A DNA stretch of 64,000 nt from Tortispora ganteri. Its lineage: Eukaryota. The stretch covers positions 62,001-126,000 of the forward strand of contig PPNB01000008.1 in assembly GCA_003707115.1 (NCBI GenBank), in the 5' to 3' direction. Shown piece by piece: positions 62,718-64,000 of this stretch; positions within the stretch are counted from its first letter, which is position 1; every line of letters begins with the position of its first letter. Below the pieces are notes generated by a model that worked only from the letters and a program-made list of their open reading frames with translations, made no database searches and was not told where the DNA came from. The position numbers and the translations under genes are program-made.

Positions 62718-64000
62718 CTATTTAGCAACAGTGGTATAATCGACATGACCATGGTTCATTGCAAATTCAGAGTCCTGGACAGCAGCGTATTTGCGTGTCC
62801 TAAAAGCTGGATCCCCTATGTTAGACTGAGATGTGTTTTGAGCGGAATAACTAGCACCAGACTTACTAGTGTTTCCATTACCAGTTGAACGGACACCAAG
62901 TGGGTTCTTCGAGAAAGACAGCCTAATGCCCCCTTTGACGGAGTTCGAAAGGCCCTTACCATAGAGTTCGTTAAGCGACTGTGTAGCAAATATAACATTC
63001 TCAAACTCCACAAAACACATGGGCCCATTGCTTCTCACCCTGAAGCTGAGACGCTTGTAGCCTTCTTGCTTGGAAAACAGCTCACGCAGCTCATCCTCAC
63101 TAGCATTCATGGGAAGGTTTCCAACATAAAGAGTGTTACAGGGGGGGTTCTGATCGGCAGGATTGATGGGAGGCACTAGACGACCTCCTGCTTGAAGATC
63201 TTCAATAGTAGTTGCGGTACTAACAGCACTAGCACCCGTAGGTAAAATCACCGAAGATGGATTTGAAGCAGTAGGCTTCAGAGACATTCCTGGTTTCGGA
63301 TGTGACTGAAGTTGCCCCTGAGATTGAATAGATTGCTGTGTCTGATTCTGAGATTGAATTTGATTCTGAGACTGTTGAGAAATCGATAAGTGTTCTACTG
63401 CTCGAGCAGCCGCGACACCAGCAGGATGTTCCTGTATAGTAGCACTAGTGGAGTTCGTTTGAGATCCATCAGGTTTTCTTGGGAAATTTACAGCAAATGG
63501 AGAAGAAGGGGGTAGAGATCCTGAAGGAGAGATAGGACTGGCAAAAGGAAAGTGGTGTGGATTCGGGATGCCAGGGCTCGCGAGGGAAGACGCTTGACGA
63601 AAAGAGCCGCCAGACACGGCAGGCATGGAGCTGAATCTCTTGGGAGGCGGAGGCATTCTGAGCTCTAGATTTGGCCAGGAAGAGGTATCCTTATGTCGCA
63701 TATCAGATTCATTATCGATAGAGTCAGTATCATTTGATACGCGCTTAATTTGGCTGATTGAATCAAGCGACCCTAGACTGTTCTGGGGTGATGTTCTCAG
63801 TGGAGAAAAATAAGAGGATCGATCTGTGTTGGATGACGAAACATCAGCGCTACGTAAGGGGCGCCCGCCAGACACTGGTTTGACGGGAACAGTGTGTTCT
63901 TGCGCATTCATATCCGTGAAAAGACTAGGTGTAGCAGGATGGAGCTGTTGACCGGGAAAAGAGCCATCAGAGGATAAAAAGGCTGATGATGGTACAGATG
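62718..64000 (-). CDS. WHI3: RRM RNA-binding protein, 5'-truncated by the window edge
   Basis: [46 protein letters not shown] and a Q-rich tract; the frame stays open to base 64000. Confidence 0.92.
   Translation of the reverse strand, partial: SVPSSAFLSSDGSFPGQQLHPATPSLFTDMNAQEHTVPVKPVSGGRPLRSADVSSSNTDRSSYFSPLRTSPQNSLGSLDSISQIKRVSNDTDSIDNESDMRHKDTSSWPNLELRMPPPPKRFSSMPAVSGGSFRQASSLASPGIPNPHHFPFASPISPSGSLPPSSPFAVNFPRKPDGSQTNSTSATIQEHPAGVAAARAVEHLSISQQSQNQIQSQNQTQQSIQSQGQLQSHPKPGMSLKPTASNPSSVILPTGASAVSTATTIEDLQAGGRLVPPINPADQNPPCNTLYVGNLPMNASEDELRELFSKQEGYKRLSFRVRSNGPMCFVEFENVIFATQSLNELYGKGLSNSVKGGIRLSFSKNPLGVRSTGNGNTSKSGASYSAQNTSQSNIGDPAFRTRKYAAVQDSEFAMNHGHVDYTTVAK

Overview
Eukaryotic window from a gene-dense budding-yeast-like (Saccharomycotina-type) genome. 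It uses the standard genetic code: CTG falls on conserved Leu in Prp43. I find about 33 protein-coding genes, 2 tRNAs (Thr-TGT, Glu-CTC) and several short spliceosomal introns that the ORF track missed. I saw no transposon, CRISPR array or rRNA. Most genes are housekeeping: KIP3, CFD1, glucosylceramide synthase, SYG1, SSH4, PRP43, TFB4, THR4, MSC7, DPP3, RTC3, DOA1, ISY1, MTG1, TEL2, VMS1 and WHI3. The most unusual element is a tandem array of three secreted GH18 genes (22030-28093). One is an intact Cts1-type chitinase with a Trp-Trp repeat stalk, a CBM19 and a post-KR C-terminal domain. The other two are catalytic-domain-only copies that have lost the DxDxE and SxGG motifs. About 4.5 kb away is a secreted M20 peptidase homologue that has lost most of its metal ligands. 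Other highlights are a hidden spliced 70-aa microprotein gene, a C2H2 transcription factor behind a 3.5-kb gene desert whose 5' UTR intron carries a uORF, a Vms1 with no zinc finger, and extreme gene packing (overlapping or abutting stops, divergent ATGs 36-55 bp apart). All family assignments come from motif recognition by eye, not from database searches.
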